In this document: positions 26,422 through 27,797 of the stretch, piece after piece
Layout of the letters: each line of letters begins with the position of its first letter
Position numbering within the stretch: the first letter of the stretch is position 1
NCBI GenBank assembly: GCA_040905465.1
Contig: JBBDRK010000015.1
Location: forward strand, 1-27,797
DNA from: Trueperaceae bacterium
GTDB taxonomy: Bacteria > Deinococcota > Deinococci > Deinococcales > Trueperaceae
Reading direction: 5' to 3'
DNA length: 27,797 bases
Program-made: the position numbers and the translations under genes
Notes under the pieces: model-generated
What the model was told of the DNA's origin: nothing
Seen by the model: the letters and a program-made list of their open reading frames with translations, nothing else
The model's database searches: none

Positions 26422-27687
26422 ATGGCCCATCTGAAACTCTCGCCCTACGCGGTCTTCCTGACCCTTTCCGGGGCGGGAGCCTTCTTTTTCACGGTGTTCG
26501 CCACGCTGTCGAGCGTGTACCGGTTCGAGACCGCCGGGCTGGATCCGCTTCAGCTGATGCTGATCGGCGCGGTACTCGAGACCACCGTTTTCCTGTTCGA
26601 GGTTCCTACCGGAGTGGTAGCCGACCTCTACAGTCGCCGTCGCTCTATCATCATCGGCATGTTCCTGATCGCCGCCGGCTTCGTGCTGGAAGGCGCCCTG
26701 CCGCTATTCGCCACGATGTTGCTGGCGCAGGTGATCTGGGGCATCGGCGCTACTTTCGAGAGCGGCGCGACCGACGCCTGGATCGCCGACGAGCTCGGTG
26801 AGAGCAGGGCCGGAGAAGCGTTCTTGCGCGGCGCCCAAATCGGTACCGTCGCCTCGCTCGCAGGCATAGCGGCGGCAGTCGCGCTGGGCGGCATCTATCT
26901 CGGTCTCCCGCTGGTGATCGGTGGTCTCGGCTATGCGGCTACTGCCGTTTTCCTGTTGCTGTTCATGTCGGAAACGGCCTTCACGCCCACTCTCTCGTCG
27001 GAACGAACCACCATTGCAGCTGTTCGCGACACGCTCAGCGGCGGAGTTCGACTGGTTCGGGAGCGGCCGGTCCTCATCACCATCCTGGCTATCGCGGTGA
27101 TTCTAGGCGCTTCCTCAGAAACATTCGATCGGCTGTGGGAGGCACACTTTCTTTCCAACCTGTCGTTCCCCGCCCGCTCCGGACTCGAGCCGGTCGCCTG
27201 GTTCGGGATAATCAACGCAGGCGCGTTATTGCTTTCGATCGCCGTAACCGAACTCGTCCGGCGGTTCGTGAAGACAGACAGTCACCTGGCGGTGGCGAGG
27301 GCGTTGATGGTTATCAATACCCTGCTGCTGGCGAGCATGGTCGCGTTCGGCCTTGCCGGCCACTTCACGACCGCCGTGGCCTTCTACTGGAGTTCCGTCC
27401 TCTTGCGCAGAGTCAATCGCCCGCTGTACGCCGCCTGGCTGAACCAGAGCCTCACGCCGAGGATACGGGCGACGATGTTCTCATTCGCCAACCAGATGGA
27501 CGCCTTCGGACAGATCGCGGGCGGCCCTCTCCTGGGCTTGCTCGCCAGCGTCGCCGGCCTGCGCTCTGCCTTGGCGACCGCCGGTCTCCTGCTCCTGCCG
27601 GCCACCGTGCTCTACCTGCGCACTATCGGGAAGCCGCCCGATGCGCCGCATGGGGATGGGAGCGCACCGGCAACCGGACCGAACTGA
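26422..27687 (+). CDS. MFS transporter, TetA(P)/Tet(40)-like
   Basis: 421 aa with about 12 hydrophobic segments; LDPLQLMLIG..LE...FEVPTGVVADLYSRR, AQVIWGIG.TF.SG...AWIADE. Confidence 0.85.
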   Translation: MAHLKLSPYAVFLTLSGAGAFFFTVFATLSSVYRFETAGLDPLQLMLIGAVLETTVFLFEVPTGVVADLYSRRRSIIIGMFLIAAGFVLEGALPLFATMLLAQVIWGIGATFESGATDAWIADELGESRAGEAFLRGAQIGTVASLAGIAAAVALGGIYLGLPLVIGGLGYAATAVFLLLFMSETAFTPTLSSERTTIAAVRDTLSGGVRLVRERPVLITILAIAVILGASSETFDRLWEAHFLSNLSFPARSGLEPVAWFGIINAGALLLSIAVTELVRRFVKTDSHLAVARALMVINTLLLASMVAFGLAGHFTTAVAFYWSSVLLRRVNRPLYAAWLNQSLTPRIRATMFSFANQMDAFGQIAGGPLLGLLASVAGLRSALATAGLLLLPATVLYLRTIGKPPDAPHGDGSAPATGPN

Positions 27688-27730
27688 ACAGCAGGCCGCT
27701 ATCGACCCCACTGTCGAGCGATCCGTCGAC

Positions 27731-27790
27731 CGAACCGCCAGACGAACCGCCAGACGAACCGCCAGACGAACCGCCGGACGAAGTGCCGGA
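27731..27790. repeat. 12-bp tandem repeat CGAACCGCCAGA
   Basis: Three perfect copies at 27731-27766, then CGAACCGCCGGA and CGAAGTGCCGGA; lies at the window end. Confidence 0.9.
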
Positions 27791-27797
27791 CGCGCTG

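Noticed and set aside
26413..26424. Leaderless promoter TACAAT for the MFS gene
   Set aside because: Only 3 nt separate the hexamer from the ATG, too few for the 5-7 nt pattern seen elsewhere; left unresolved.

Overview
High-GC core-genome segment, most likely from a Deinococcota (Trueperaceae/Deinococcales-like) bacterium. This lineage is inferred from the CTG-initiated rpsL and from the many -10 elements lying just upstream of start codons. The window starts inside tuf and ends in a 12-bp tandem repeat, so it may be a whole contig. It contains the str operon (rpsL-rpsG-fusA-tuf'), a glycerate kinase-sua5-purE-purK operon, aroH, an acyl-CoA dehydrogenase, a DUF62 SAM hydrolase, ispH-dusA, a stand-alone tRNA-Ile(GAT), an HtrA-like protease, a DHH phosphoesterase, HMG-CoA lyase, recN, two small unknown genes, a family-4 UDG, dtd, an ABA4-like gene, a TroABCD/MntABCD metal ABC importer, a DEAD-box helicase and a TetA(P)-like MFS transporter. 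I saw no mobile element, CRISPR array or defence system. The most notable observations are: (1) a ~170-nt rod-like minus-strand ncRNA candidate with 6S-like terminal motifs between recN and the UDG gene; (2) both metal ABC permeases carry DtxR-like winged-helix tails, and the operon has a DtxR/MntR-type operator; (3) a 17-bp bidirectional promoter between two apparently leaderless genes; (4) non-canonical starts (CTG in rpsL, probable ATC in the ABA4-like gene); (5) a family-4 UDG lacking its Fe-S cysteines; (6) a multi-branched RNA structure directly upstream of fusA. All calls were made by eye; no searches or folding programs were run.
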